A program made the translations under genes and the position numbers. From Candidatus Poribacteria bacterium (lineage in GTDB: Bacteria > Poribacteria > WGA-4E > WGA-3G): a stretch of DNA of 64,000 bases. The stretch lies in the NCBI GenBank assembly GCA_965205025.1, contig CBDBFU010000007.1, positions 128,001 to 192,000 on the forward strand, read 5' to 3'. Shown in pieces: positions 31,301-41,072 of this stretch (positions are counted from its first letter, which is position 1; every line of letters starts with the position of its first letter). A model generated the notes under the pieces. It did not search any database and was not told where the DNA came from. It worked only from the letters and a program-made list of their open reading frames with translations.

Positions 31301-31710
31301 GTGGAGATGAAATCGGGCTTGCATTAAACTCGCGTTTCTATGTTCCCACCGATGACGAACCGATTGAATACTTACGATTCAATCGTAGAAGTCGGGAAGA
31401 TATTCTCGGTGTCCGTCTTGATTACCAGTTTACACAGAGAATGAATATTCTTGGTGGCTTCCAATATAGAAAGTTCACCAACCGAGACAAAAACTTTACT
31501 AACTATTTAACCAAATTCCCTGCTGATGAACCTGTGCCGATTCTTTACCGGCCAGATCTACGGACTCGGATTTTTGAAATCCAAGCCATCAACAGAGGGG
31601 AATGGCTCGGTTTCAATATCGTAATTCTCGCAGGTTATCGTAGAACTACTATCTTGCTACAACATACAACCAGTAATACGACGTTTGTTAGAGCAATGAT
31701 GGGTTTCTAA
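28396..31710 (+). CDS. Large acidic outer-membrane lipoprotein, probable beta-barrel with Ca-binding loops
   Basis: Lipobox LYGC; amphipathic beta-strand patterns; poly-Asp, DRDQNGILD and DLNNNGTID motifs; C-terminal ...RAMMGF. Confidence 0.65.
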   Translation: MNKLKRLVNVLLVASCILSGIVLYGCGAQSLGPQEPLLPTIEGDSKFSDRFQLEEEPQFFYDLFGKELLEGSEVYNYRERKEFNQNGELVVGWTGQLDSEKFSAQLDRTILTEDAYRGRYNEFAIGDHMRLKPSTLFPNRYILYKTEFDGFRWDISFAQERHLFTLINSRISNPVQITEGAANLAPVLGRRNGLNEDAGVRHLENARLVGFRGQGLLGDIFRVGFTYVNLHKEHPERVENPLMGTVANTPPNSISVVFRDDSPEDNHVASITDFEGYDEISHGENIQGGVGAAFKTMKITIVTQELEDVSAEDLAEGYEPALEPQQSLEIEVFVDEIVPVTAGTDIVKDSVDGDWKIVDGFNKMKYDLNFEQHDIEPRTVKSVVFDLVVAGDYNIQIIGFSEANMAESDPEIQEWIKTEDGHIQMPYRDIIEAPGNYGQSADYTENRAELVDNPSAWEGEGRPRKISYQYGAARAAVLYGLDLEGTVGNVFVRAHYSINGKYKQFPTIPKNKMGFSRLTDNIVTEDGDEPTGITIDPASGLPVDANGIPTYSETEGERFEAMLGGDGTDEGGDGQMGRESAWFVQLKSRFGKLYLEGVLYHIDPGYTTTYLNFGSNTDRDQPYALPRTQLSANERDPWDVENYALVEDDDDDDDWPDDDDFDGVLPRADDRDQNGILDYQEDFLIFEADPPVFTDLIDLNNNGTIDSLEDDFEPQYEYGIDRDGYHLKAEYDLLDNLSLQVGWLNESEISSRRKNDSKYLHVTYQRDIPDFGTILFQNRFVRVRDDIPDYTITLRVGELEPTQIADELDYYNARVNTTTLQFLYTAVPNLTLEAKLLVVLQKQYEQDEADALFLDVEYDAAADLFEPDERVDFMVPEEQVRTSGQKREYPFYPDHGINALDVDDTGLIYNADNWKSRRYPERNIRSQQTILKARYEIPLGDLPYINKIGEDLTLTPMVKYIWDRAFDRSGDEIGLALNSRFYVPTDDEPIEYLRFNRRSREDILGVRLDYQFTQRMNILGGFQYRKFTNRDKNFTNYLTKFPADEPVPILYRPDLRTRIFEIQAINRGEWLGFNIVILAGYRRTTILLQHTTSNTTFVRAMMGF

Positions 31711-31724
31711 GATTCTTACAATAT

Positions 31725-31752
31725 TGCCGGATGCATTTACCTGTATCCGGCA
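31725..31752 (+). terminator. Hairpin after the outer-membrane protein gene
   Basis: TGCCGGATGCA...TGTATCCGGCA. Confidence 0.5.
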
Positions 31753-32012
31753 CTTCATTGATAACACCATATAATATAGAATTGATTATAGATTGGGTGT
31801 TGATAGATAAGGTATTTCAAAACCTTTAACCTATAATAAAATCGTAACTATTTGTATATTCAGGTGTTGATAATACAGATTCGGTTTGTAACTTCTATGA
31901 AACACGTTCGGACGTGTACTTGACGTGTACTTATTGATTATTGAATCCTCTTAGATTTATAGAATAACCTAACTGCCAAATTGGCAGGTTACCTAAAGGA
32001 GAATAAGAACGA

Positions 32013-33062
32013 ATGACTCGTTTAAGTTTAATTATAATGATTGTCGCCTGTGTATTTATGGCTGCTGGACTTGTTATGGCACAAGATGATGCAGCAGATA
32101 TGGCAGCAGAAGAAGATACCACTATGCAAGAAGCTGATGTGATGGGTAGTGGGGCAACTCTTCGAGGTGATGTCGTTGATACCAGTCCACAACAGAATCC
32201 TATTCCAAATGCAACCGTTAGAATCGTCGGTACTGATGGACAAGAATATGAAACAACCACGGACGATGCAGGTTCTTACGAACAAAAAGGTCTTTCTAAA
32301 GGACGTTACTCCATAAGTGTATACAAAGAAGGATATGGTGAACGTGTTGGAAAATCAAAGGTTGTCAGCGAAGGTGGAGAAGGATACGATAGAATCAAAA
32401 TGAGAAAGAAAGATACTATCGTTTCATTTTTCCAGAAATTCGGATTAGTTTTCTATCCCCTTGCTATTTGCTCTGTTGTCGCTCTAACATTCATTATTGA
32501 AAGGCTTTTCACATTCTTCAGAAGCCGTTCAAGAATAGGTACGGAACAGTTTATAGCCAGTATCGCAGATTCATTACGTAAAGAAAACATTATGGAAGCT
32601 GTCTCAACATGTGAAGAAGCTGGTGGTCCACTTGCTAATGTACTGAAAGCAGGATTACTCAGATATAGTCAAGCACAAATTGAAGAACGGGATATTACTA
32701 AAGAGGAAATTCAAGAAGCTATTGAAGAAGCAAGTCTCCTTGAAATTCCAGAATTAGAACGAAATCTACCTGTACTTGGTACAGTCGCTGTTGTTTCTCC
32801 TCTGTTTGGATTGCTTGGAACAGTTACAGGTATGATTAGCGCATTTACCACAATCGCCCTTGAAGGTACTGGTGATCCACAGCAGCTGGCTGGTGGTATT
32901 TCACAGGCTCTCCTTACAACGGCAGGTGGATTAACAATTGCTATTCCATGTCTGATTTTCTTCCAAATCTTTGATAGCTGGGTTAATAGACATATGGTCG
33001 AAATCTCTCAGGTATCCACAGAAATCGTTAATCAGTTAATTATAGGTGAAGCAAACGCATAA
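32013..33062 (+). CDS. exbB: MotA/TolQ/ExbB proton channel protein with an N-terminal carboxypeptidase-regulatory-like domain
   Basis: Signal peptide; LRGDVVD..PIPNATV..TTTDDAGSY..L..GRYSISVYKEGY; SPLFGLLGTVTGMI...GISQALLTTAGGL.IAIP. Confidence 0.88.
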   Translation: MTRLSLIIMIVACVFMAAGLVMAQDDAADMAAEEDTTMQEADVMGSGATLRGDVVDTSPQQNPIPNATVRIVGTDGQEYETTTDDAGSYEQKGLSKGRYSISVYKEGYGERVGKSKVVSEGGEGYDRIKMRKKDTIVSFFQKFGLVFYPLAICSVVALTFIIERLFTFFRSRSRIGTEQFIASIADSLRKENIMEAVSTCEEAGGPLANVLKAGLLRYSQAQIEERDITKEEIQEAIEEASLLEIPELERNLPVLGTVAVVSPLFGLLGTVTGMISAFTTIALEGTGDPQQLAGGISQALLTTAGGLTIAIPCLIFFQIFDSWVNRHMVEISQVSTEIVNQLIIGEANA

Positions 33063-33120
33063 TTATTTTCCGGACGAATAATAGTTTACTCGTCCATATC
33101 TACATATAAGGAGAATAGAA

Positions 33121-33570
33121 ATGCAACAACTTAGTGAAGGCAAATTGAGCCTTATGGCTACACGCCTGCGGGAACGTAAACCACCGCAGCTCAGTATGGC
33201 ACCTATGATTGATTGTGTGTTCCTGCTTCTGATTTTCTTTATGGTATCTACAACTTTTGCACCTATGCCGGGAATACGGGTACAACTCCCACCTCCTGGA
33301 ACGCCTTCAAAGGACAAACCGAAAGGCTTAGTTGTCAAAATTGATAGTCCTACCATTAGGGATCAAGATGGTACAATGCTCTTAAATGATAAACTTGTAC
33401 AATATGATGACATGTACCCTGAATTTCTTGATGCCCCTGCGGAACAGAAAACAATGCTAATTATTCAAGCACAACGGGATGTTTTGCATAAACAGATCGT
33501 TAAGGTGATGGATATAGCAAAGAATGCAGGTATTGATAAAATTGGATTTGCGATTGTAGCGCGAGAATGA
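33121..33570 (+). CDS. exbD: Biopolymer transporter ExbD/TolR
   Basis: MAPMIDCVFLLLIFFMV; VKVMDIAKNAGI. Confidence 0.9.
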   Translation: MQQLSEGKLSLMATRLRERKPPQLSMAPMIDCVFLLLIFFMVSTTFAPMPGIRVQLPPPGTPSKDKPKGLVVKIDSPTIRDQDGTMLLNDKLVQYDDMYPEFLDAPAEQKTMLIIQAQRDVLHKQIVKVMDIAKNAGIDKIGFAIVARE

Positions 33571-33617
33571 TCCGCATTACCTAATACGGATTCGTCCGTA
33601 ACTAAAGGAGGATAAAT

Positions 33618-34043
33618 ATGGCTCTCCAAATTAAGCGGAGACGAAGTGGCACAGGCGATGAAGATATCCCTATGGCACCAATGATTGATTGCGTATTTCT
33701 CTTGCTTATCTTTTTCATGGTTTCTGCTATCATGCGGATTCCACCACCATTTGATGTCATATTACCAGACTCTACCACTGAGAATGAATTTCCAAGAAAA
33801 AAATACAACTTGTTTATTAGTTCTGATGGTAAAATCGCTATTGACGATCAATTGATGGAAGATCTTGAAGATATGGGACTTTTTATCGCATCACATGAAC
33901 ATCAAATTAGTACATTGATCATTAAAGCTGATCAACGCGCACAGCATGGAGATGTAATTGATGTCGTAGAAAGAGCAAAAGCACGATCTAACAAAGTGGA
34001 AGGACTTGAGGTGGCTTTCGCTGTTGCGGAAGATACTGAATAG
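33618..34043 (+). CDS. exbD: Biopolymer transporter ExbD/TolR, second copy
   Basis: MAPMIDCVFLLLIFFMV; IIKADQRAQHGDV. Confidence 0.9.
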   Translation: MALQIKRRRSGTGDEDIPMAPMIDCVFLLLIFFMVSAIMRIPPPFDVILPDSTTENEFPRKKYNLFISSDGKIAIDDQLMEDLEDMGLFIASHEHQISTLIIKADQRAQHGDVIDVVERAKARSNKVEGLEVAFAVAEDTE

Positions 34044-34110
34044 TACAACCACTTGTAAGAGATTAGTGCACATATCATATACTACATAGATCCTAATCTA
34101 TAAGGATTGT

Positions 34111-34161
34111 AAGTAAATAAGAAGCCTCTAATGTATTACATTAGAGGCTTCTTATTTACTT
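34111..34161. terminator. Bidirectional terminator between the convergent exbD and gltB genes
   Basis: Perfect 25-bp inverted repeat AAGTAAATAAGAAGCCTCTAATGTA-T-TACATTAGAGGCTTCTTATTTACTT. Confidence 0.8.
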
Positions 34162-34168
34162 TGAAGAT

Positions 34169-37100
34169 CTATCGTTTTTTGGGTGTTCTCTTCCGAGCAC
34201 GACGATTTATTGTCTGTGGTGGCGGGGGTGGCGGTGCTTCAACCTTCCAGAAGAGTGGTAGGTATATATTCCAGTCAGCAAGTATTTTTTCTGCTCGTTC
34301 ACTCTTAGTAAGTTCCAGATGTTTTTGTACTAAGCCGATCAGTGTGTCCTCGTCTACTTTTTCACTTATCCGAACTAACTTAACTAATTGTTGGTTGTAT
34401 TTACCTTCAAATTGCTGGTTTTCATCAAGTACATACGCAATTCCACCTGTCATACCTGCACCGAAATTACGTCCTGTATCTCCAAGGATGACGACGGTAC
34501 CACCTGTCATATATTCACATCCGTGGTCTCCGACACCTTCCACGACAGCAGTCGCACCACTATTCCGAACGCAGAAACGTTCTCCTGCTCTACCAGCCGC
34601 GTACAGTACACCACTGGTTGCACCGTAAAGTACAGTATTACCAATTATAGTGTTTTCATGTGTATTAAAACCCGCTTCAGGTGAAGGTTTGATAACTAAT
34701 TCCCCACCTGCCAGACCTTTCCCAACATAGTCATTTGCTTCACCAGTCAGAACAAGTTGTAATCCATTGATACAAAACGCACCAAAACTCTGACCTGCAC
34801 TTCCTGTGAAATAACAACGTATGGTCTCTTTCGGTAAGAGAGTATCACCGTAACGATAGGCAATTTCGCCTGAAAGCTTAGCACCTACAGTACGGTGAAT
34901 ATTACGGATGGGATATGAAAGTTGTACAGGTTCTTTATTGTCTATTGCAGATTTGGCATCCTGCAGAATTTGATCATCTAATGGTGTATCTACACGATTA
35001 TTGCGTTCTTGTAAATGATAACGAGCACTATTTCCAGTTGGATCTGCCGGTGTAATAATCTCAGTTAGATCTAAAGTTGCAGCTTTCGGATACTCAGGTA
35101 AATCAGCAATTTCAAGTAATTCCGGTCTGCCAATAATATCGTTAAGGCAGCCATGTCCTAACTTAGCAAGGATTGAACGTACCTCATTTGCTACACCCAG
35201 CATGAAGTTGACAACCATTTCTGGTGTTCCAGGATATTTTGCCCGTAATGCGGGATCTTGTGTGGCAACACCTACTGGACAGGTATTCAAGTGACATTGT
35301 CGTGCCATCACACAACCTGTTGCTACCATAGCACTTGTACCGAATCCATATTCTTCTGCTCCCAACATCGCTGCAATAATAATATCTCTACCTGAACGCA
35401 TACCACCATCAACTCTCAATACGACACGTTCACGTAAATCGTTTTCTACAAGACGGTGTTGAGTTTCTGCCAGACCAAGTTCCCATGGAGTTCCAGCGTT
35501 TTTGATTGAACTAAGAGGAGATGCACCTGTACCTCCTTCATGACCACTAATTTGGATTACATCAGCATATCCTTTTGCAACACCAGAAGCAATAGTACCA
35601 ATAAGAAATTCAGAGACAAGTTTTACGGCTACCTTCGCCCGAGGATTGACCTGTTTAAGGTCATATATTAATTGTGCGAGATCCTCTATTGAGTAGATAT
35701 CGTGATGTGGAGGAGGGGAAATCAAAGGTACACCAGGAATTGAGTGACGAATTTTAGCAATCTCTAATGTAACTTTATGTCCAGGTATTTGTCCACCTTC
35801 TCCCGGCTTTGACCCTTGTGCCATTTTAATCTCTAACTCTTTAGCTGAGGCGAGATATTGTGGTGTAACACCAAAACGTCCAGAGGCAACTTGTTTGAGA
35901 GCACTTGAGGCAAGGTCCCCATTAGGCTGAGGTTTGAATCTTTTACTATCTTCACCACCTTCACCACTACCTGATTTTGCACCTAAACGGTTCATTGCGA
36001 TGGCTAAAGTTTCGTGTGTTTCTCTGCTTAAGGCACCAAATGACATGCTCCCCGTGGTAAACCGTTTAACGATCTCCTCCGCCGGTTCCACATCCTCAAT
36101 TGGAATTGGTTTGCCGTCTTTAAAATCAAGGAGATCACGCAAACTGGAAGGTTCACCTTCCTTAATGGCTTCAGCATATACTGTGTAATCCTCCGCATCA
36201 CCACTCTTGATGAACTTATGCATCGCCTTAAATACAGAAGGATTAAAAGCATGAAATTCTCCATGTCTGCGAAAACGGAAATAACCTGCCTCTTGTAGGT
36301 TTGACTTCTCATCTGCTCCAAGAAATGCTTTCGCATGGAAATGAAGGGTTTCTGCTGCAATATGTTCAAAACCGATACCACTTAAACGGGAAGGTGTACC
36401 AGTAAAACATTGGTCAATAACTGTAGAATTTATACCAATTGCCTCGAAAATTTGTGCACCACGATAACTTGATACGGTAGATATTCCAATTTTCGCCATT
36501 ATTTTTAGAATACCTTTCTCAACTGCTTCTTTATAATTATCTATTGCCTTATCAGATGAAAGTTCCTCGAATTCTCCATCTTCAGCAAGTTGGTGGATGG
36601 TAGAAAAAGCAAGGTATGGATTGATAGCATCAGCACCGTATCCGAGCAATACAGCATAATGATGTTCCTCACGAGGATCACCAGCTTCTACTAATAAACT
36701 TACCTGCATTCGTTTACCTGCGCGAATCAAATGATGATGAACAGCACCAACTGCAAGTAACATGGGTATAGGTGCTAATTCAGCACTTACATTTTTATCA
36801 CTTAATACCAAAAGAGTATTACCAGCATTCACTGCGTCTATCACACTTTCACATAATGTTTCTAATGCCTTCTCCAATCCTGAAGGTCCAGAGGCTACTG
36901 GAAAACATACAGGTATAGTTGTAAGTTTGAAGTTTGGTAACTCTTGAGAACGTAGAATGTCTAATTCTTCATTCGTCAGAATCGGGGATTGCAAACGGAT
37001 CACATGTGCATGATGTTCTGTCTCAGTCAATAGATTGTGTCGTCTGCCTAAACAAGTTGTTAGGGACATAACTAACCGTTCTCTGAGTGAATCAATTGCA

Positions 37101-38650
37101 GGATTTGTAACTTGAGCGAAAAGCTGTTTAAAATAGTGATAAAGTAAGCGTGGATGTCGAGAAATAACAGCAGGTGGTGTATCATCTCCCATTGATCCTA
37201 CTGCCTCTTTGGCTTGTAAAACCATCGGTTTAATGAAACGTTCAACATCCTCAACCATATAACCAAATGCCTTCTGTTCTCTTTCTAAGTTCTCAGGTAT
37301 TGGTGGAATAGGTGTTGTCGATTCTGACTCCAATTCATTCAAAGGAATACTCTGTCTTACCCAAACATCATAAGGCTTCTGACCAGCTATTTCTGCTTTT
37401 ATTTCTGAATTTGTAAGTAATTGTCCTCGTGAGGTATCAACAGCTATCATCTGTCCAGGACCTAATCGACCCTTCTTGACAACACATCTATCATCCAGTT
37501 CAATAATACCGACCTCAGACCCCATTACAACGAGTCCATCTTCGGTTACTTTATACCGTGCTGGACGCAACCCATTTCTATCTAAGCTTGCTCCGACAAT
37601 ACTTCCATCAGTAAATGCAACAGCAGCAGGACCATCCCACGGTTCGCTTACACAGGAAAGGTATTCATAACAACTCTTCACTGAATCTGGCATATCTGGA
37701 ATTTGCTCGTATGCTTCTGGCATTAAACACATCATTGAATGTAGTATACTACGGTCTGAATGTGTCAATAATTCCAAGACGTTATCAAGACTCATTGAAT
37801 CACTACCGTAAGGATTGATAATTGGAGCGAGTTTTTGAATATCTTCATTCCATATAGGGGAGTCTAATTCTGCTTCACGTGCTCGCATCCAATTTCGATT
37901 TCCCATCAATGTATTGATTTCACCATTATGGGCTAACATTCTAAAGGGTTGTGCTAATGCCCAAGTGGGTGAGGTATTTGTACTATAACGTTGATGAAAA
38001 ACTGCTAATGATGCTTCAAAATCAGCATTTCCCAAGTCAGAGTAGAACATTGTCAATTGAGGAGCAACCAAGAGTCCTTTGTAGACAATCGTGCGATGTG
38101 AAAAAGAGGCAATGTGAAATTCGTCTAATGCTTCTTCTGTGATACGATGCTCCAATTCCTTGGCAATTAGATAAAGATGTTGCTCATACTTCTCTGATGT
38201 CACATGGTCAGGTCTGCCAATTAATACCTGTTGTATTGACGGTAATGTTGCCAATGCCTGATCTCCAAGCGCTGAGGTATCAATAGGAACTGGACGCCAT
38301 CCTAATAATGGGAAACCGTATTGTTTTAATATGTCAGTGGTGATATTGCGACCACGTTCTTCTGCTGCAGGGTTATTTCCGGGGAGGAATATCGTACCAA
38401 TGGCAAGGTCATTAATGGAATTAAGATTTATGCCGAGTTTCTCTGCTTCTTTTTTAAATAACTTCTCCGGAATCTGTGTAAGTATGCCTGCACCGTCACC
38501 TGTCTTTGCATCAGCTGCAACTGCGCCTCGATGTGTCAAATTTGTAACGGCTTGTATCGCCATTTTTAGGATTTCATGACTCCGACTCCCAGACTGGTTC
38601 GCTATAAAACCAACTCCACAGGCATCTTTCTCATATAAATGTGGAAACAT
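34169..38650 (-). CDS. gltB: Glutamate synthase large subunit
   Basis: DACGVGF N-terminus; HNGEINT; EPWDGPA; KMAQGSKPGEGG; CHLNTCPVG; GXGXG C-terminal domain. Confidence 0.98.
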   Translation of the reverse strand: MFPHLYEKDACGVGFIANQSGSRSHEILKMAIQAVTNLTHRGAVAADAKTGDGAGILTQIPEKLFKKEAEKLGINLNSINDLAIGTIFLPGNNPAAEERGRNITTDILKQYGFPLLGWRPVPIDTSALGDQALATLPSIQQVLIGRPDHVTSEKYEQHLYLIAKELEHRITEEALDEFHIASFSHRTIVYKGLLVAPQLTMFYSDLGNADFEASLAVFHQRYSTNTSPTWALAQPFRMLAHNGEINTLMGNRNWMRAREAELDSPIWNEDIQKLAPIINPYGSDSMSLDNVLELLTHSDRSILHSMMCLMPEAYEQIPDMPDSVKSCYEYLSCVSEPWDGPAAVAFTDGSIVGASLDRNGLRPARYKVTEDGLVVMGSEVGIIELDDRCVVKKGRLGPGQMIAVDTSRGQLLTNSEIKAEIAGQKPYDVWVRQSIPLNELESESTTPIPPIPENLEREQKAFGYMVEDVERFIKPMVLQAKEAVGSMGDDTPPAVISRHPRLLYHYFKQLFAQVTNPAIDSLRERLVMSLTTCLGRRHNLLTETEHHAHVIRLQSPILTNEELDILRSQELPNFKLTTIPVCFPVASGPSGLEKALETLCESVIDAVNAGNTLLVLSDKNVSAELAPIPMLLAVGAVHHHLIRAGKRMQVSLLVEAGDPREEHHYAVLLGYGADAINPYLAFSTIHQLAEDGEFEELSSDKAIDNYKEAVEKGILKIMAKIGISTVSSYRGAQIFEAIGINSTVIDQCFTGTPSRLSGIGFEHIAAETLHFHAKAFLGADEKSNLQEAGYFRFRRHGEFHAFNPSVFKAMHKFIKSGDAEDYTVYAEAIKEGEPSSLRDLLDFKDGKPIPIEDVEPAEEIVKRFTTGSMSFGALSRETHETLAIAMNRLGAKSGSGEGGEDSKRFKPQPNGDLASSALKQVASGRFGVTPQYLASAKELEIKMAQGSKPGEGGQIPGHKVTLEIAKIRHSIPGVPLISPPPHHDIYSIEDLAQLIYDLKQVNPRAKVAVKLVSEFLIGTIASGVAKGYADVIQISGHEGGTGASPLSSIKNAGTPWELGLAETQHRLVENDLRERVVLRVDGGMRSGRDIIIAAMLGAEEYGFGTSAMVATGCVMARQCHLNTCPVGVATQDPALRAKYPGTPEMVVNFMLGVANEVRSILAKLGHGCLNDIIGRPELLEIADLPEYPKAATLDLTEIITPADPTGNSARYHLQERNNRVDTPLDDQILQDAKSAIDNKEPVQLSYPIRNIHRTVGAKLSGEIAYRYGDTLLPKETIRCYFTGSAGQSFGAFCINGLQLVLTGEANDYVGKGLAGGELVIKPSPEAGFNTHENTIIGNTVLYGATSGVLYAAGRAGERFCVRNSGATAVVEGVGDHGCEYMTGGTVVILGDTGRNFGAGMTGGIAYVLDENQQFEGKYNQQLVKLVRISEKVDEDTLIGLVQKHLELTKSERAEKILADWNIYLPLFWKVEAPPPPPPQTINRRARKRTPKKR

Positions 38651-38990
38651 GTTCTAACTCATACTCCAAGAATACTAAATTTGGTATCCATCTGTTAGTA
38701 AATTTAAACCTATCTTACAATATAATAGGTTCAGTCTTTAAACCGAACCTATGGCAAAGCAAAAACATATATTTAGATTTAACTACAATATTATGTCACA
38801 ATAACAAGAAAATATTAAAATAGTTATGGATACCGCGTCTACGTGTGACGCTGAGGGATTTTATTACGTGTTTTGCTTTTAATTAACTATCTGTACAAGT
38901 AATAGTATACCTTAAAATCGTCCAATCGTCAAGTATTTTCTTGACTTAAAAGCCGATAAACACGCATTGTTATAGGGTTTACAGGTGATC

Positions 38991-40601
38991 TTAATATCCA
39001 ACTGCACATCCATCACGTCGCGGATCAGATCCAGCAATCAATGTATCAAATAGTGGATTAATGAAGATTGCTTGCCCTCCACCGAAAAATGTCCTACCTG
39101 GAACGATATGATGTCCTTTTTGGGCTAATTCTGCCTGTGTATTCATCGGAATACCTATCTCTAACATTATTCTTGCACCATCTATAACACGGAACCGTGG
39201 GGCATCTAAAGCAGATTGAACATCCATGTTAAAATCAACCAGATTAGAGACAAATTGCAGATGACCTTGGGGCTGCATCTGTCCACCCATTACACCAAAA
39301 CTTACCAACGGTATTTCGTTGTGGAATATCATGCCTGGAATAATGGTATGAAGAGTACGTTTATGCGGGGCAATGCAGTTTGCATGGGTTGGATTAAGAG
39401 AAAAACCTGCTCCCCGATTCTGTAGCATAATTCCTGTATCACCTGCGACTAAACCTGATCCAAATCCAGCAAAAATGCTATTAATAAAAGAAACTACGTT
39501 TCGATCTTTATCAACAACAGAAAGATAAACAGTATCACTTCCACCAGGAGAAACACCGGGGTTCGGATCTATGTTTGCCCGTTCAGATGAAATGCGATCT
39601 CGTTGTTTCTCTGTGTATTCACTGGAAAGTAGTTCTGTAACTGGTATATCCACAAATGTTGGATCGGTGACATTTTCATATAGATCTGCGAAAGCAAGTT
39701 TCATTGCTTCAATAGCATAATGTAAATGCTCAGGGGAATTATGACCCATTTCTCTAATATCGTATCCTTCAACGATATTCAGTGCAAGGAGTGCTGCAAG
39801 ACCTTGACCATTTGGTGGTATTTCATAGATGTCATATCCACGGTAATTTGTAGAGATAGGTTCAACCCAATCTGATTTATGGTCTGCAAAATCCTGTAAT
39901 GTGAACAAACCATCGTTTTCGTTAGAGAATTGGACTATTTTCTCCGCTATTTCTCCATGATAAAAGGCATCCCGTCCACCTTCAGCAATTAATCGAAAAG
40001 TCTTGGCAATGTTTGGTTGCTTGTATATTTCACCAGGTAATGGTGCTTTTCCATTTGACAGGTAAGTTCTTGCTGTATCTGGATGTTGGGATAGCATTCC
40101 AGCACTATCTTGCCAAGATAGGCTGATTTGAGGACTGACTGGAAATCCGTTTTCTGCGTAATCAATGGCAGGTTGTAATACTTCTGCCAACGGCATCGTA
40201 CCACATTCATCAATCAGTGTTGACCATCCATCAATTGTACCCGGAACGGTTACAGAATACATATTTCCTGTAGAAGGGATATGTGTTATTCCTTTCTTCT
40301 TAAAGAAGTCTAATTCCGCGGCGTATGGTGATCTTCCACTTGCATTCAAACCCCGAAGACGTTTCTCTTTCGGGAGATAAACCAACATGAAGGCATCCCC
40401 ACCGATTCCTGTTGACATGGGTTCGACGACATTGAGAATTGCAGCGGTTGCAACGGCTGCATCCACAGCGTTACCACCATCCCGTAAGATTTGCAATCCT
40501 CCTTGTGCAGCAAGGGGTTGACTTGTTGCTACTGCACCGTGTTTGCAAATTACAGCAGAACGTCCGTGTCCAAATTGATTAGGTCGATAGTCATCAAACA
40601 T
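38991..40601 (-). CDS. ggt: Gamma-glutamyltransferase
   Basis: GGNAVDAA, GIGGDAF, PPNGQG, catalytic DTVY, GVMGG.MQPQG, GSDPRRDG. Confidence 0.95.
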   Translation of the reverse strand: MFDDYRPNQFGHGRSAVICKHGAVATSQPLAAQGGLQILRDGGNAVDAAVATAAILNVVEPMSTGIGGDAFMLVYLPKEKRLRGLNASGRSPYAAELDFFKKKGITHIPSTGNMYSVTVPGTIDGWSTLIDECGTMPLAEVLQPAIDYAENGFPVSPQISLSWQDSAGMLSQHPDTARTYLSNGKAPLPGEIYKQPNIAKTFRLIAEGGRDAFYHGEIAEKIVQFSNENDGLFTLQDFADHKSDWVEPISTNYRGYDIYEIPPNGQGLAALLALNIVEGYDIREMGHNSPEHLHYAIEAMKLAFADLYENVTDPTFVDIPVTELLSSEYTEKQRDRISSERANIDPNPGVSPGGSDTVYLSVVDKDRNVVSFINSIFAGFGSGLVAGDTGIMLQNRGAGFSLNPTHANCIAPHKRTLHTIIPGMIFHNEIPLVSFGVMGGQMQPQGHLQFVSNLVDFNMDVQSALDAPRFRVIDGARIMLEIGIPMNTQAELAQKGHHIVPGRTFFGGGQAIFINPLFDTLIAGSDPRRDGCAVGY

Positions 40602-40734
40602 CCTCTCCTCCTATTTCCAGACTGTTTCCACTATATCACAGCACCATAGTGCTGTCAATTGAAGGGTATGTAAATCCAGGGTTATTTAGTTTTCGGTTTT
40701 CTGGTGTATTTTACCACAGTTGTTAATTATCTAT

Positions 40735-40774
40735 AAAAAAGCAGATATGGTGTGGCTTTTCACACCATATCTGC
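40735..40774 (-). terminator. Rho-independent terminator on the minus strand
   Basis: GCAGATATGGTGTG...CACACCATATCTGC preceded by AAAAAA on the plus strand. Confidence 0.7.
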
Positions 40775-41072
40775 AATGCTTCACCTTAAAACAAACCTTT
40801 TTTGAGGTGAATAATGACAAAAAGAAAATCTTGCCACTTGATAGATATGTTTGCAGAAGTTTTTGACCCACGCAACATTAAAGGAAACGACACTCGTTGA
40901 AGTCAATCATCAGTCTCCTCGTTCTTGGATTTATGTGTGGACATAAAGGATATACATCCATAGCAACTTGGGCACGACCACAAAAAGAACTCGGTTTTAC
41001 ATAAGAATACACCTTGTGCTGGCACCCTTCACAATGTTTTGAAAATGTTAGATGTGGTTGCTGTAGAAGTGG

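Noticed and set aside
34169-38650. gltB without an adjacent gltD
   Set aside because: Stand-alone large subunits (ferredoxin-dependent or with unlinked gltD) are common, so this is not unusual by itself.
34131-38823. Plus-strand ORFs overlapping gltB (and similar antisense ORFs over other long genes)
   Set aside because: These are shadow ORFs of well-supported genes on the opposite strand.
40878-41072. Cys-rich open frame continuing in-frame after the TPR lipoprotein stop (possible readthrough)
   Set aside because: The stop is TAA, no recoding signal or good start is visible, and a ~65-codon open frame can arise by chance.
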